NCBI GenBank assembly: GCA_963772725.1
Contig: CAVYYI010000001.1
Span: forward strand, 480,001 to 544,000
Direction: 5' to 3'
Length of the DNA stretch: 64,000 nt
Origin: an uncultured Phycisphaerales bacterium
GTDB lineage: Bacteria > Planctomycetota > Phycisphaerae > Sedimentisphaerales > Anaerobacaceae
Made by a program: the position numbers and the translations under genes. Shown here in pieces: positions 22,442 through 32,537 of the stretch (the stretch's first letter is position 1; each line of letters starts with the position of its first letter). The notes under the pieces are model-generated. The model did not search any database, was not told the DNA's origin, and saw only the letters and a list, made by a program, of their open reading frames with translations.

Positions 22442-23338
22442 TTATTCAGCCTCAAATAGAGGCGTATCATTCGAAGGAAGTTCCGTGCTTATTTCCCATC
22501 TTTTAAATCTTCCACTTGTTTGGCTCCTTATAATTCTTCCCCATACTTCTAAAGAATTGCCTTCGTAAAGAGCACGAGTGTAAATATTACGAGGTGAACT
22601 TATAACAGGGTCTATTATGTTCGCATACTCATGCCCCATTTGATGAGGGCCAGAAGGATTATCAAAAGTGATAAGAGCATTACCTGTTTCAGTGTTAATA
22701 CGAATGAATTTAACAAAGTGCTTTTCAAAACCTTTTGCATGAAGTGACGGATCAATATAATATCCGCTTTTCAAGGCAAGTTTATCTGTTCGGTCTAAAT
22801 GTATTTCCGTCTTTGTTATTTTGCTTTCAATCGCTATTTTATGGGCTGAATTATTTATTGGTTCCACAAGTTCATTAAGAGCAACGTCAATTGTATCTAT
22901 GAATTTAAAAGTTTCCACAGTATTTGTGATTGTAATATCCGATTCTTCAGCCAATTCCATTAGACTATTAAGAGCATCTTCTCTTGTCATAAATTTTTTC
23001 TTGGTATCAATCTGTCTATTTAACAACGATTTATGCCACTTCCAGAGTGCTTTAACAATGTCATATCCAATCGTTAAAGCAAGAGGAATAATAATATCTG
23101 TATAAACATCAAAAGTATTATGCTTAAATGCACGTATTTTTATTTTCGGTCGGTTATCCTCAGGTATAGGTTTTGTTGATAATTCTTTATTAATAAAAGC
23201 TGCCGTGCTGGTTTCCCAAAACATTAACCAACCATTAAGCGATCTTGTTAAATCGTGTATATCTATAAGGCCATTGTCTGTATCCAGGCCGCTGAATGAT
23301 ATTTTGACTTCATCTATTAAATCGTTTTTTGGGTTCAT
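22442..23338 (-). CDS. Hypothetical protein (AT-rich, accessory)
   Basis: 298-aa open frame with no recognised motif. Confidence 0.7.
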   Translation of the reverse strand: MNPKNDLIDEVKISFSGLDTDNGLIDIHDLTRSLNGWLMFWETSTAAFINKELSTKPIPEDNRPKIKIRAFKHNTFDVYTDIIIPLALTIGYDIVKALWKWHKSLLNRQIDTKKKFMTREDALNSLMELAEESDITITNTVETFKFIDTIDVALNELVEPINNSAHKIAIESKITKTEIHLDRTDKLALKSGYYIDPSLHAKGFEKHFVKFIRINTETGNALITFDNPSGPHQMGHEYANIIDPVISSPRNIYTRALYEGNSLEVWGRIIRSQTSGRFKRWEISTELPSNDTPLFEAE

Positions 23339-23494
23339 AGGCTATAATTCTCTCAGTTCTTTTTTTGTCTGCTACCCTTATCTTACTTTATCATTATTTC
23401 CTCGATAACTTTTAATTCCGCCATAAAATCTTTCAGGTCAAATTTTAACTGTCACATTAGGTAAAGTCATGCATACTTTCTTTATATTTTTTGA

Positions 23495-24172
23495 TTATCT
23501 TCTAATGTCTTTTATATTTTTTACATTTGAAAGAATTTCTTTCACTATTTTCAATTTCATCTCTCCTGCATTGGGAAATAATTTCAATTGATCTTCTTGC
23601 ATAGGATTTAGTTCAATCCAAGATTTAAGATAAGTCAAAATATCAACTGTAATAATACCAGGTGTTTCATTTCCTGAATCTACAAAAAATGGCCTTTCAA
23701 AGATTATCCCATTACTCTTTTTCTTTACCAATTCAACAATTTTCTTTTTTTTTATTTTTCCATTATCATCTATGAAATATGCCATTAATGCCTTATGACC
23801 GGATTTTACTGGTGGTTTGATTTTTCTTAATAGACTCTCTAAAAGATTTAAATAATTTTTTTCGCTATTCCCACATTGATTAGAAGAAAAAAAGAAATTT
23901 AACCTTGCATTTGATTTGGAATTTGTTTTTTGTGCGACAGCATCGACAAAACCAATGCGATCATCAATTGAAACACTGCCGTCTCCATCTTTTGAGAATA
24001 AATATTTACCTTTAAATTCTATATCTGAATCCCATTTTAATTTTTCAAATTCTGCATAAAAAGATTCTTTATATGTAGGATAACTATACGAATTAAAAAC
24101 TGCAGCACCTAAACCGAAAAATTTAGGGGATTTTGAAAAACATTCAACTTCGTCAACGAAAATAAATTGCAT
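23495..24172 (-). CDS. DUF3800-like protein (RNase H-like acidic motifs)
   Basis: MQFIFVDE...FGLGAAVF...EFKG...FVDS..TPGIITVDILTY resembles the DUF3800 pattern. AGGAG RBS precedes ATG 24172. Confidence 0.55.
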   Translation of the reverse strand: MQFIFVDEVECFSKSPKFFGLGAAVFNSYSYPTYKESFYAEFEKLKWDSDIEFKGKYLFSKDGDGSVSIDDRIGFVDAVAQKTNSKSNARLNFFFSSNQCGNSEKNYLNLLESLLRKIKPPVKSGHKALMAYFIDDNGKIKKKKIVELVKKKSNGIIFERPFFVDSGNETPGIITVDILTYLKSWIELNPMQEDQLKLFPNAGEMKLKIVKEILSNVKNIKDIRR

Positions 24173-24370
24173 TGTTATAAATCGTCTCCTATGGTTGAGT
24201 GTACCATACTTATTCTGTATAAACCATCTATAAACTGACTTCCGAAGCCCAAAAGAAAATAGAAAGCGGCATTTTAAAATTTTCAGCCTTCCATTCATCC
24301 TTTTTACTCAATTATAAATCCAAAATCCAAAATCGGCAATCTAAAATCAAAAAAATTCCGTGTTTTTTGT

Positions 24371-24565
24371 TTGACTTAAAAAATGTACAGCCTCTCTTCG
24401 GCTGTACGGCGGTCAAAAACCAAACTTTTGCATTCCAATTACTTTAAGGCCAAACCGCAAAGCGGTAAAAATTCAAAGTGTTGTGCCTTCGTCAAGTTTA
24501 CTTGTAAGTAAGGCATAATGCTTTGAATTTAAAGGCTGATTCATCAGCCGCACCTTAAAGCAATT
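24371..24565. ncRNA. Candidate structured RNA / multi-hairpin element
   Basis: Hairpin at 24385-24407. A closing stem (24437-49 with 24553-65) encloses three hairpins (24454-66, 24469-24530, 24534-49). Confidence 0.4.
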
Positions 24566-24940
24566 CTCTGTGTCCTTCTGTGCTCTCTGTGGCTATATAA
24601 TTATTATGGAAAAAGACCCTGCCGCAGAACACCAGCCAAACAAAAGCAGTGTAATCCGTGATTAAACTTTCTTCGTGTCTTCGTGTCTTCCGGTTCGACA
24701 GGCTCACCGTCCTGAGCAACATCGAAGGAGTGGTGCAGAAAACGCGGATATCGCGTCAATGGCCAAAAAAGTAACTTTTTGAAAATAGTCAAAAAACGAA
24801 CGGCGGTTGAACTCAAAACCGGACAGGTAACGACTCGCATAACTGTCTGCAATTACAGCAGATATAACAATGTGCGGACACCAAACGAACAACTAACGAA
24901 CATCAATCGAACAATGACCGAACAACGACCGAGGACAGAC

Positions 24941-24986
24941 AATAATGTTAATAATGTAAAGAATGAAAAGAATGATGTTTTCAAAA
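24941..24986 (+). repeat. 46-bp dispersed repeat, copy 1
   Basis: aataatgttaataatgtaaagaatgaaaagaatgatgttttcaaaa. Copy 2 is split by an IS at 38067-38079 and 39330-39362. Confidence 0.8.
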
Positions 24987-25122
24987 ACTTTAGTTTTCTT
25001 CTTCATTTTGTTCCTGCTGGGTGAACAAAAAACTTGCAAAAATGAAGGGATTAGGGTATTCTGCCACTTTTGCCGAATGGGCGAAAATTGCATTAGAAAC
25101 CATTTTATTAGGAAGTATTGAG

Positions 25123-27147
25123 ATGAGTATAGCGGTAAATAATCCAGGTTTGTCGGAGCTTGATGAACTTTGTATACAGACGATTCGTTTTTTGTCTATG
25201 GAAGGTGTGCAGGCGGCTAAATCGGGCCATCCGGGTATGCCGATGGGAATGGCGCCGGCGGCGTATGTGCTTTGGACTAAGCATCTTAAACATAATCCGG
25301 CTAATCCGCAGTGGCATAATCGCGACAGATTTGTTCTTTCGGCGGGGCATGGAAGTATGCTGCTTTATTCAATACTGCATCTGACCGGGTACGATATAAG
25401 CCTTGACGACCTGAAAAATTTCAGACAATTGGGGAGTAAAACGCCTGGCCATCCGGAATATGAACCGCATCGCGGAATAGAGGTTACAACAGGGCCTTTG
25501 GGGCAGGGGATTTCAAACGCGGTCGGAATGGCGATAGCGCAGAAGTATCTGGCCAGCCATTTCAATAAGGAAGGTTTCCCTGTTATCGATTATAAAATTT
25601 ACACAATCTGCGGCGACGGCTGTATGCAGGAAGGAATTTCATCGGAGGCAAGTTCGCTGGCGGGCCATCTTGGTTTGAATAACCTCATCGTTATTTATGA
25701 TGATAATCATATTACCATCGACGGCGACACGAGTTTATCATTTACGGAGGATGTGGCTAAGCGGTATAAGGCTTACGGCTGGAACGTACTGATTGTCGAT
25801 GGCGATGGGAATGATATGGCTTCCTTTGAAAAGGCATTGAAAAAAGCCAAGAAAGAAACAAGTCGGCCGACGATGATAAAGATTCGCACGCATATCGCGT
25901 ACGGCAGTCCGAATATGCAGGATACGGCGGCAGCACACGGTTCGCCGCTCGGTGATGAGGAAATAAAGTTAATCAAACAGAAATTAGGATGGGACCCCAC
26001 AAAGAGTTTCTATGTGCCGGATTCCGTTTATGCGCAGATGCGTAAAGCGGTTGACAAGGGTAAAAGGGCGGAGAAGGCGTGGAACGCTATGTTCGATAAA
26101 TACGCCGCGATGTATCCGGAATTGGCGGGACAGTTCCGTGAAGCGGCGGCGGGGCGGCTGCCGATAAATCTGGATGAGACTTTGCCTAAATTTGAAGGCG
26201 GCGCTATGGCGACGCGAAAGGCGTCCGGCAAGGTGCTTGACGCAGTTATGCCTAAAATGCCGATGATTATGGGCGGTTCGGCGGACCTTACGCCCTCAAA
26301 TAACACATGGTTTACGGGAGCGACGAATTTCTCGAAAGAGAACCGCGGGGGCAGATATATCCATTACGGTGTTCGCGAACACGGGATGGGCGCGATAATG
26401 AACGGCATTTCGGTGAACGGTCTTGCCCGTGCTTACGGCGCAACGTTTTTGGTTTTCTCGGATTATATGCGGCCTGCGATTCGAGTGGCGGCATTGTCCA
26501 AATATCCGACGATTTTTGTATTTACCCACGATAGTATCGGGGTGGGCGAGGACGGCCCGACGCATCAGCCTGTCGAGCATTTCGCGGCGTTGCGTGCGAT
26601 TCCCAATCTTCTGGTTTTCCGCCCTGCGGACGCGAACGAAACTGTTCAGTCGTGGAAATATATGCTCGAACACAAAGACGGCCCGGCGACGATATTTCTG
26701 ACGCGACAGGATTTGCCGGTTCTCGACCAGAAAAAATACGGTTCAGCGGCCAATGTCGCCAAAGGCGCTTATGTACTTGTTGCCGCGGATAAGCCGGATG
26801 TATTGCTTCTTGGAACCGGTTCGGAAGTAAGCCTGGCGATGAAGGCCTGTGAAACGCTGGCGGCTGAGGGAATCAAGGCACAGGTGGTAAGTATGCCGTG
26901 CTGGAAATTATTTGAAAAGCAGAGCCAGGAATATAAAGATTCGGTTCTTCCTCCGGAAGTTAAGGCCAGAGTAGGCGTAGAGGCCGGCATTGAACAGGGC
27001 TGGAACAAATGGCTCGGCGATAAAGGCGTCTTTATCGGTATGTCTTCTTTCGGGACATCTGCGCCGCAGAAGACTTGTTATGAAAAGTTCGGAATTACCG
27101 CGGAAAATGTTGTTAAGGCCGCGAAAAAATCAATCGGGACTGTTTAA
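25123..27147 (+). CDS. tkt: Transketolase
   Basis: SGHPG, RDRFVLSAGHGS, GDGCMQEG...DDN, THDSIGVGEDGPTHQP. Confidence 0.97.
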   Translation: MSIAVNNPGLSELDELCIQTIRFLSMEGVQAAKSGHPGMPMGMAPAAYVLWTKHLKHNPANPQWHNRDRFVLSAGHGSMLLYSILHLTGYDISLDDLKNFRQLGSKTPGHPEYEPHRGIEVTTGPLGQGISNAVGMAIAQKYLASHFNKEGFPVIDYKIYTICGDGCMQEGISSEASSLAGHLGLNNLIVIYDDNHITIDGDTSLSFTEDVAKRYKAYGWNVLIVDGDGNDMASFEKALKKAKKETSRPTMIKIRTHIAYGSPNMQDTAAAHGSPLGDEEIKLIKQKLGWDPTKSFYVPDSVYAQMRKAVDKGKRAEKAWNAMFDKYAAMYPELAGQFREAAAGRLPINLDETLPKFEGGAMATRKASGKVLDAVMPKMPMIMGGSADLTPSNNTWFTGATNFSKENRGGRYIHYGVREHGMGAIMNGISVNGLARAYGATFLVFSDYMRPAIRVAALSKYPTIFVFTHDSIGVGEDGPTHQPVEHFAALRAIPNLLVFRPADANETVQSWKYMLEHKDGPATIFLTRQDLPVLDQKKYGSAANVAKGAYVLVAADKPDVLLLGTGSEVSLAMKACETLAAEGIKAQVVSMPCWKLFEKQSQEYKDSVLPPEVKARVGVEAGIEQGWNKWLGDKGVFIGMSSFGTSAPQKTCYEKFGITAENVVKAAKKSIGTV

Positions 27148-27164
27148 GTTTCGAGGCGTATTTT

Positions 27165-27524
27165 TTATTTGCCGAGAATCATCCTGATTGAAATAACAAG
27201 GAGCATTACGCCGAAGAGCTTCGAGAGCAAGACCTGATTTATATTTACGGCAAGTTTTGCGCCGAGCAGGCCGCCGATAAAAAATCCGAGACACACAAAC
27301 GCCGCAACTTTGAGGTCAACATAGCCCTTGTTATAATATTCCCATGCGGCCAGCAGACCTATGGGCGGGACCATAATAGCCAATGTGGTGCCTTGTGCCG
27401 TGTGCTGTGACATCTTAAACAGGAAGACCATTGCCGGAATCATAATCAGTCCCCCGCCGAGGCCAAAAAGTCCTCCGAAGACTCCAGATACCAAACCTAC
27501 AAGTACATAGAGCAAAGCACTCAT
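27165..27524 (-). CDS. TSUP (TauE/SafE) family half-size membrane protein
   Basis: GGLFGLGGGLIMIP...AQGTTL motif with four hydrophobic helices. Confidence 0.8.
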   Translation of the reverse strand: MSALLYVLVGLVSGVFGGLFGLGGGLIMIPAMVFLFKMSQHTAQGTTLAIMVPPIGLLAAWEYYNKGYVDLKVAAFVCLGFFIGGLLGAKLAVNINQVLLSKLFGVMLLVISIRMILGK

Positions 27525-27557
27525 GATTTCGAAACCATCCTTTCCTGAAAATGGCGG

Positions 27558-28361
27558 TCAACCGCCGAACAATTCAACAAATTTTTTTTCAATGTTTTTG
27601 TTTTCACAAAGAGTCTGGCCAATAAGAACGGCACCGATACCGATTGACTTTAATTTTTCGACATCGTCATGCTTCCTGATACCGCTTTCAGCGACAAGTT
27701 CAGTTTTATTGTCCACCAGTTCAGCTAATCGCCTTGCGGTATTCATGTCCACTTTCATAGTCGTAAGGTTACGGTTATTTATGCCGAGAATACTGTATCC
27801 TTTCCTGGGAAAACCGATAAGACTGCGAACAGCCAGAAGTGAATCGGCCTCGTGTACCTCCAGCAGTACGGTTAAGGTCAGTTCAGCCGCCAGTATCATA
27901 AGGTCGGCTATTTCACCGGGTTTAAGCGTTTCAGCGATAAGCAGTATCGCATCGGCGCCTGCGGCACGCGATTCATACACCTGCCATGGGTCGATGATGA
28001 AATCCTTTCGGAGAACAGGCAAATCCACGGCTTGTTTCACCTGGGCGATATATTCGAGACGGCCCTGGAAATATTTTTCATCAGTAAGAACGCTCAGAGC
28101 GTCGGCTCCGCAATTTTGATATGTTTTGGCAATCGCAACGGGATCGAAATCCTCGCGGATTATGCCCGCCGATGGCGAGGCTTTTTTTATTTCGGCGATT
28201 ACATTGAGACCGCGTTTATTGTGTTTAGTGACCGCTTTATAAAAATTGCGGCATTTGGGCATAATTTGAGTCTGTTTCTTGAAATCTTCAAGACTGGTGA
28301 GAAGTTGCCGCTTGGCGACTTCAATTCTCTTATTAGCGATAATCTGCCCTAATATATTCAC
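27558..28361 (-). CDS. trpC: Indole-3-glycerol phosphate synthase
   Basis: IAEIKKASPS, LSVLTD, LRKDFI, GINNRNL, AESGI. Confidence 0.96.
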   Translation of the reverse strand: MNILGQIIANKRIEVAKRQLLTSLEDFKKQTQIMPKCRNFYKAVTKHNKRGLNVIAEIKKASPSAGIIREDFDPVAIAKTYQNCGADALSVLTDEKYFQGRLEYIAQVKQAVDLPVLRKDFIIDPWQVYESRAAGADAILLIAETLKPGEIADLMILAAELTLTVLLEVHEADSLLAVRSLIGFPRKGYSILGINNRNLTTMKVDMNTARRLAELVDNKTELVAESGIRKHDDVEKLKSIGIGAVLIGQTLCENKNIEKKFVELFGG

Positions 28362-28380
28362 GGCGTATTTCCAGTTCCGA

Positions 28381-28773
28381 TTATTTTGCCTCAGACATTT
28401 TTACAAAAGCCATACGTAGCTGGGTAAGCGTATCGGCGAGGACTTTTGCTTCATCCGCGGTGAGGTTGCCTTTGGTTTTTTCCTCAAGGGCTTCGAGCAT
28501 ATCAATATTATATTTTGCCAGTGCGAGGTCAGGCTCTTTTTCTTCGTGACCCTCTATCTGAAGTAATCCCATCGCGAAAAACGCCTGGGTCACAAGCATG
28601 CTTATTAAAGCCGCGAGGTTGCCTTTCGGCAGGGGGCCGTGGCCAAATTTCTTTTTTTCCTCTTTTTGTTTATCTTCCGTTTTTTCCGCAAGGTCTTCTT
28701 TTTCCTTTTGCGCCTGTGTTTTCCAGTCCTCGTCGATAATAATTTTTTTATCTTCTTTTTTTTCTTCAGCCAT
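28381..28773 (-). CDS. DUF1844-family protein
   Basis: IIIDEDWK...DLALAKYNIDMLEALEEKTKGNLT..E...L..LRM.FV. Confidence 0.8.
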   Translation of the reverse strand: MAEEKKEDKKIIIDEDWKTQAQKEKEDLAEKTEDKQKEEKKKFGHGPLPKGNLAALISMLVTQAFFAMGLLQIEGHEEKEPDLALAKYNIDMLEALEEKTKGNLTADEAKVLADTLTQLRMAFVKMSEAK

Positions 28774-28811
28774 TTTTGGAGGTTCCTTTAGTTCTTAATT
28801 ATATTATGGTA

Positions 28812-29297
28812 TTATCTTTTGAATTTTCTTCCTTCTCTGTCGAGGTTTCTTTTCTCCTGACGCTCTGTAATTGTTCTGCGTTTATCATATTGTCTTTTAC
28901 CTCTGGCCATCGCCAGTTCGATTTTAGCAAGTCCTCTTTTGTTAAAATAAATTTTAAGCGGAACGAGAGTAAAACCCCGCTGTTCGAGTTTGACTTTGAT
29001 TTTGCGAATTTCAGCGTTGTGCAGTAATAATTTTCTTTTTCGGGTTGGCTCGTGGTTATGTATTCCGGCCTGCTCGTAGGGGGCAATTGTCGCGCCAACG
29101 AGCCAGCATTGGCCGTCATCGAGCCTGGCGTAAGAGCCGCTGAGGTCGGCCTGGCCTGCGCGTAGCGATTTCACTTCGCTTCCGAGAAGCGACATTCCAG
29201 CCTCGAACCTGTCCACGAGTTCGTAGTTAAAATAGGCCTTTTTATTAACTGCCGCCTGGCTATGTTCGTCTTTATTGTCCTTAGATTTCGCTGCCAT
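28812..29297 (-). CDS. smpB: SsrA-binding protein
   Basis: NKKAYFNY, GSEVKSLR, RKRKLLLH, ARGKRQYDKR. Confidence 0.96.
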   Translation of the reverse strand: MAAKSKDNKDEHSQAAVNKKAYFNYELVDRFEAGMSLLGSEVKSLRAGQADLSGSYARLDDGQCWLVGATIAPYEQAGIHNHEPTRKRKLLLHNAEIRKIKVKLEQRGFTLVPLKIYFNKRGLAKIELAMARGKRQYDKRRTITERQEKRNLDREGRKFKR

Positions 29298-29476
29298 TTG
29301 CGTTATAATATAGGAAGTGTTCCTGTTTTGCAATAAACTTGCCCGCAATGGTAAAACCCCCACAGATTTTATCTGAAAAGTTTTACCGGATTTTATGAAG
29401 AATTTATGTAACTTCTAATATCACCAAGATTTAAATCTGCTCAAAGGAGGTGTCTTGGCAGGCTTTTTGCTGCGAT

Positions 29477-29760
29477 TTATCCACTAAAACATATTGTTAA
29501 CAAAAAAATTGATACAATCGTTAAACGGTTTTGGAAATAATTTTAATTAAAATTATTTTATGACGCGGGGGAATATGGATGTAAAGTGTTTGAAATTGTA
29601 ACTTCTTTATATATAATAGGTTACGGCCTATGCGATAATGTTTATGGGACTACGCAGATTAGATTTCAAATCTGAAGGGTAGGAACGAAATTTGCTAAGT
29701 TTAAGAGGTTAAAAATTTTACCCAAATTACCAAAACCGTGTTATCAACAGGTTATCCACA
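29477..29760. promoter_or_regulatory. DnaA-box-like sites in a 650-bp AT-rich intergenic region
   Basis: TTATCCACA 29752-60, TTATCAACA 29741-49, TTATCCACT 29477-85. Confidence 0.4.
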
Positions 29761-29950
29761 ATTAAATTCAGCCTTTTGAGGTAATAAGAGGGGATTGTCA
29801 GTTATAGCAAAATAGTGCAACAAAAAGACTTAAAGCTCGTATAAATGCTGATGAATAAACATTATAAAATAGCGCTTGTTTGTGACGCTTAAAACGATAG
29901 TATATACAGCCTGAATTTAGAGAAAATAGACTTAGGAGAACTTAGTAATT

Positions 29951-32407
29951 ATGCAGCAGAAAAGGTTAAGAGAAAAATTGCGGGATAAATCTGGTTTTGT
30001 TGTTGTCGCTGAGCTGACAGGGGGGCCTAATTTCAGTTTTGTGCCTATTGAAAAATTTCTGAAAGATTATTATGTCTCGGGCGGTTCGAGCATACCAGAG
30101 GGTTTTGATTTTACGGGTATTACACTGCCGCAAAATCCGAGTGGGGTCGCGAACATTGAACCTGCTGATGTGCTGACTCATTTACGTATGAATAATCTGC
30201 TGGGGGATTTGGACATTATTCCGCATATAAGCTGCAAAGACGAGAACGCCAACGCTATCATCAGTGCTCTTACCGGTCTTAAAAAAGCCGGAGTCGAGGC
30301 TGTTCTTGCTCTTACGGGTGATAAGCCGGCAAAGGCAAAGGCGGTTTTTGAGCTCGATGCCATCGGTTTGCTGCAACTGATAAAAAAGATTAATAACGAT
30401 ACATATATGGCGGCTAAAGCTGACACGGTCGATAAGGTGCAGGAAATTTTTGCCGGAGCAGCGGTGTCGCCGTTCAAATATACCGAGCCTTCTTTGATGC
30501 AGCAGTATTACAAGATGGAAAAGAAGATTGCCTGTGGGGCGGGTTTTTTGATTACACAGGTAGGCTGGGACTGGCGGAAATCCGTTGAGCTTTTCCAATA
30601 CCTAAAAGATAACAAGCTGGATATTCCGGTTATCGGCAATGTTTTTCTTCTCAGCACGCTTACACCGGCTCCCCGGCTTATGCACGATATTAAACTTACA
30701 GGGTGTTTTGTGAGCGATGAGCTTCTCGCGAAGGTCAGTTCGGAAACGGTTGATGAACATATCGAACGGGCGGCGCAGCAGGTCGCGATGTATAAGGCTA
30801 TCGGGGCGGCAGGGGTCGATATTGGCGGCGTTCCTGATTTTAAGCTCTTCGCGAAAATACTTGCAAGGGCCGCACAAATCGGTAAAGATTGGGAGCAATT
30901 TAAGGAAAATCTCTCGTGGCCTAAAAAGGATGGTTTCTATCTATACGATGAGCAGGGCAGTCAGGTGACTCTTTCAAAGCAGCCTATGAAATTCAATCAC
31001 AAGATGTTCAACGTACTTCATCGCTGCCTGCTTGACCCTAAGTATAAGGGCTTTCACGCGTTCAAAACAACGATGGCTATGTTCGGAGCGGAAAAAGAAA
31101 ACGGCTTTGCTTATAAAATGTTTAATTCCGCTGAAAAACCCGCAAAATACCTGCTCTTCGATTGCGAGGAGTGCGGTGACTGCTTCCTGCCGGAGAACTT
31201 TAGCTGGTGTACTATCGGCGGCTGCGAAAAGGGTATGAATAATGCTCCGTGCGGAGATGCCACGGTTGACGGTCGCTGCGGAAACAACCTCGAAAGAATT
31301 TGTATCGGGGAATATATATACAATACCGCCGCTGCGGAAAAGAACGGTCTGGCAAAACTTCGTGCCACCATCAATAAACCCCGTGACACATCTCTGGAAC
31401 ATACATCATCAATATTGAATTATCTTTTCGGGAGAGACCACACAATGAAAAATGCGCTTATTTCGATTGGCGAATCTGTTCACGCTTCAATTCCCAAAAC
31501 CGGAGCGGTGATGAAACAACTCGCGGCTCTTGGTGCTGAGGCGTATTCAAAACCCAGCGGGCCGTTGAATTATATAAAGGCGTTAATCGAATCGCAGGCC
31601 GCTGAAGGCGCCGATTACATCGCTGTTAATCTTGACGCGTTTGGGGAGACAAATCCGCAAATTACAGTCGATATGATGCGCGAATATGTAAAATTAGTCC
31701 GTAAATGGGGGATGGGCGTGCCAATCTGTTTTGACAGCAGCAACAATGATGTTCTTATCGCCGGTCTGAAAGAATGGTACGACACGGATGAGCCTGTTAA
31801 GCAGCCGTTAATCAATTCGGTTAAGATTTATACGATGGACGCGATACTCCCGCTGAAGCAGCATTACGATTATGCCTTTATTGGTCTGCTGGTCAGCGAA
31901 GACAAGCCAACGGGGCCGGGTGGTTCGCATTCGATAGATGAATTGTACGGCTTTGCGAAAGAGATTTTCAATACTGCGGTAGGCAAATACGGATTTAAGC
32001 CGGGTGAGATTTTCTTCGATTCAACGGTATTTCCGCTGGCCATTGATATGCCTATGGAGCCAAATGTCCCCGGTTATACTTATCGCGCGTTTGAGACTAT
32101 AAAGAAAATCAAAAGCGACCCTAAGCTGAGAGGCACACATTTTTCTCTCGGCGTGAGCAACAGTGTTCGCGACCTGCCGGGCAGGAGTATCGGAGTATGC
32201 AGGGCTTATGTCGCTAAGGCGATGGAATACGGTCTTGACGCGGGCATTGTCAATGTCGCACATCATTACGGCGCGGTTGAGCCTGACCCTGACCTGCTGA
32301 AGCTGGTCGATGCGTTCGCGAAAATGGACGGTTCGCCGGAATGGCTTAACAATGCTATGATGCTTATGGGCCAGTTCTGCCAGGCCAATCGTAAACCGGC
32401 AAGATAG
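29951..32407 (+). CDS. Methylene-THF reductase (MetF) + MetV-like Cys domain + pterin-binding methyltransferase (AcsE-like) fusion
   Basis: PHISCKD, LALTGD, KIACGAGFLITQ; then CEECGDC...CEKGMNNAPCG...GRC...C; then IGESVHAS, PICFDSSN, LINSV, FFDSTVFP, GVSN, GLDAGIVN. Confidence 0.8.
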   Translation: MQQKRLREKLRDKSGFVVVAELTGGPNFSFVPIEKFLKDYYVSGGSSIPEGFDFTGITLPQNPSGVANIEPADVLTHLRMNNLLGDLDIIPHISCKDENANAIISALTGLKKAGVEAVLALTGDKPAKAKAVFELDAIGLLQLIKKINNDTYMAAKADTVDKVQEIFAGAAVSPFKYTEPSLMQQYYKMEKKIACGAGFLITQVGWDWRKSVELFQYLKDNKLDIPVIGNVFLLSTLTPAPRLMHDIKLTGCFVSDELLAKVSSETVDEHIERAAQQVAMYKAIGAAGVDIGGVPDFKLFAKILARAAQIGKDWEQFKENLSWPKKDGFYLYDEQGSQVTLSKQPMKFNHKMFNVLHRCLLDPKYKGFHAFKTTMAMFGAEKENGFAYKMFNSAEKPAKYLLFDCEECGDCFLPENFSWCTIGGCEKGMNNAPCGDATVDGRCGNNLERICIGEYIYNTAAAEKNGLAKLRATINKPRDTSLEHTSSILNYLFGRDHTMKNALISIGESVHASIPKTGAVMKQLAALGAEAYSKPSGPLNYIKALIESQAAEGADYIAVNLDAFGETNPQITVDMMREYVKLVRKWGMGVPICFDSSNNDVLIAGLKEWYDTDEPVKQPLINSVKIYTMDAILPLKQHYDYAFIGLLVSEDKPTGPGGSHSIDELYGFAKEIFNTAVGKYGFKPGEIFFDSTVFPLAIDMPMEPNVPGYTYRAFETIKKIKSDPKLRGTHFSLGVSNSVRDLPGRSIGVCRAYVAKAMEYGLDAGIVNVAHHYGAVEPDPDLLKLVDAFAKMDGSPEWLNNAMMLMGQFCQANRKPAR

Positions 32408-32537
32408 ACAAAAATTACGCTCGGAAGCTAAGTTACAGGTTAGATTGCGGCTAACTTTAATTATTTATTGACAAATCCGGCTAAAAGGTTACGATACACG
32501 GTTTTAAGAACAATAATAAAGTATAATTGGGCAAGAT

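Noticed and set aside
29300..29950. tmRNA beside smpB, or a SAM/cobalamin riboswitch before the MetF fusion
   Set aside because: I could not recognise tRNA-like ends or an aptamer consensus.
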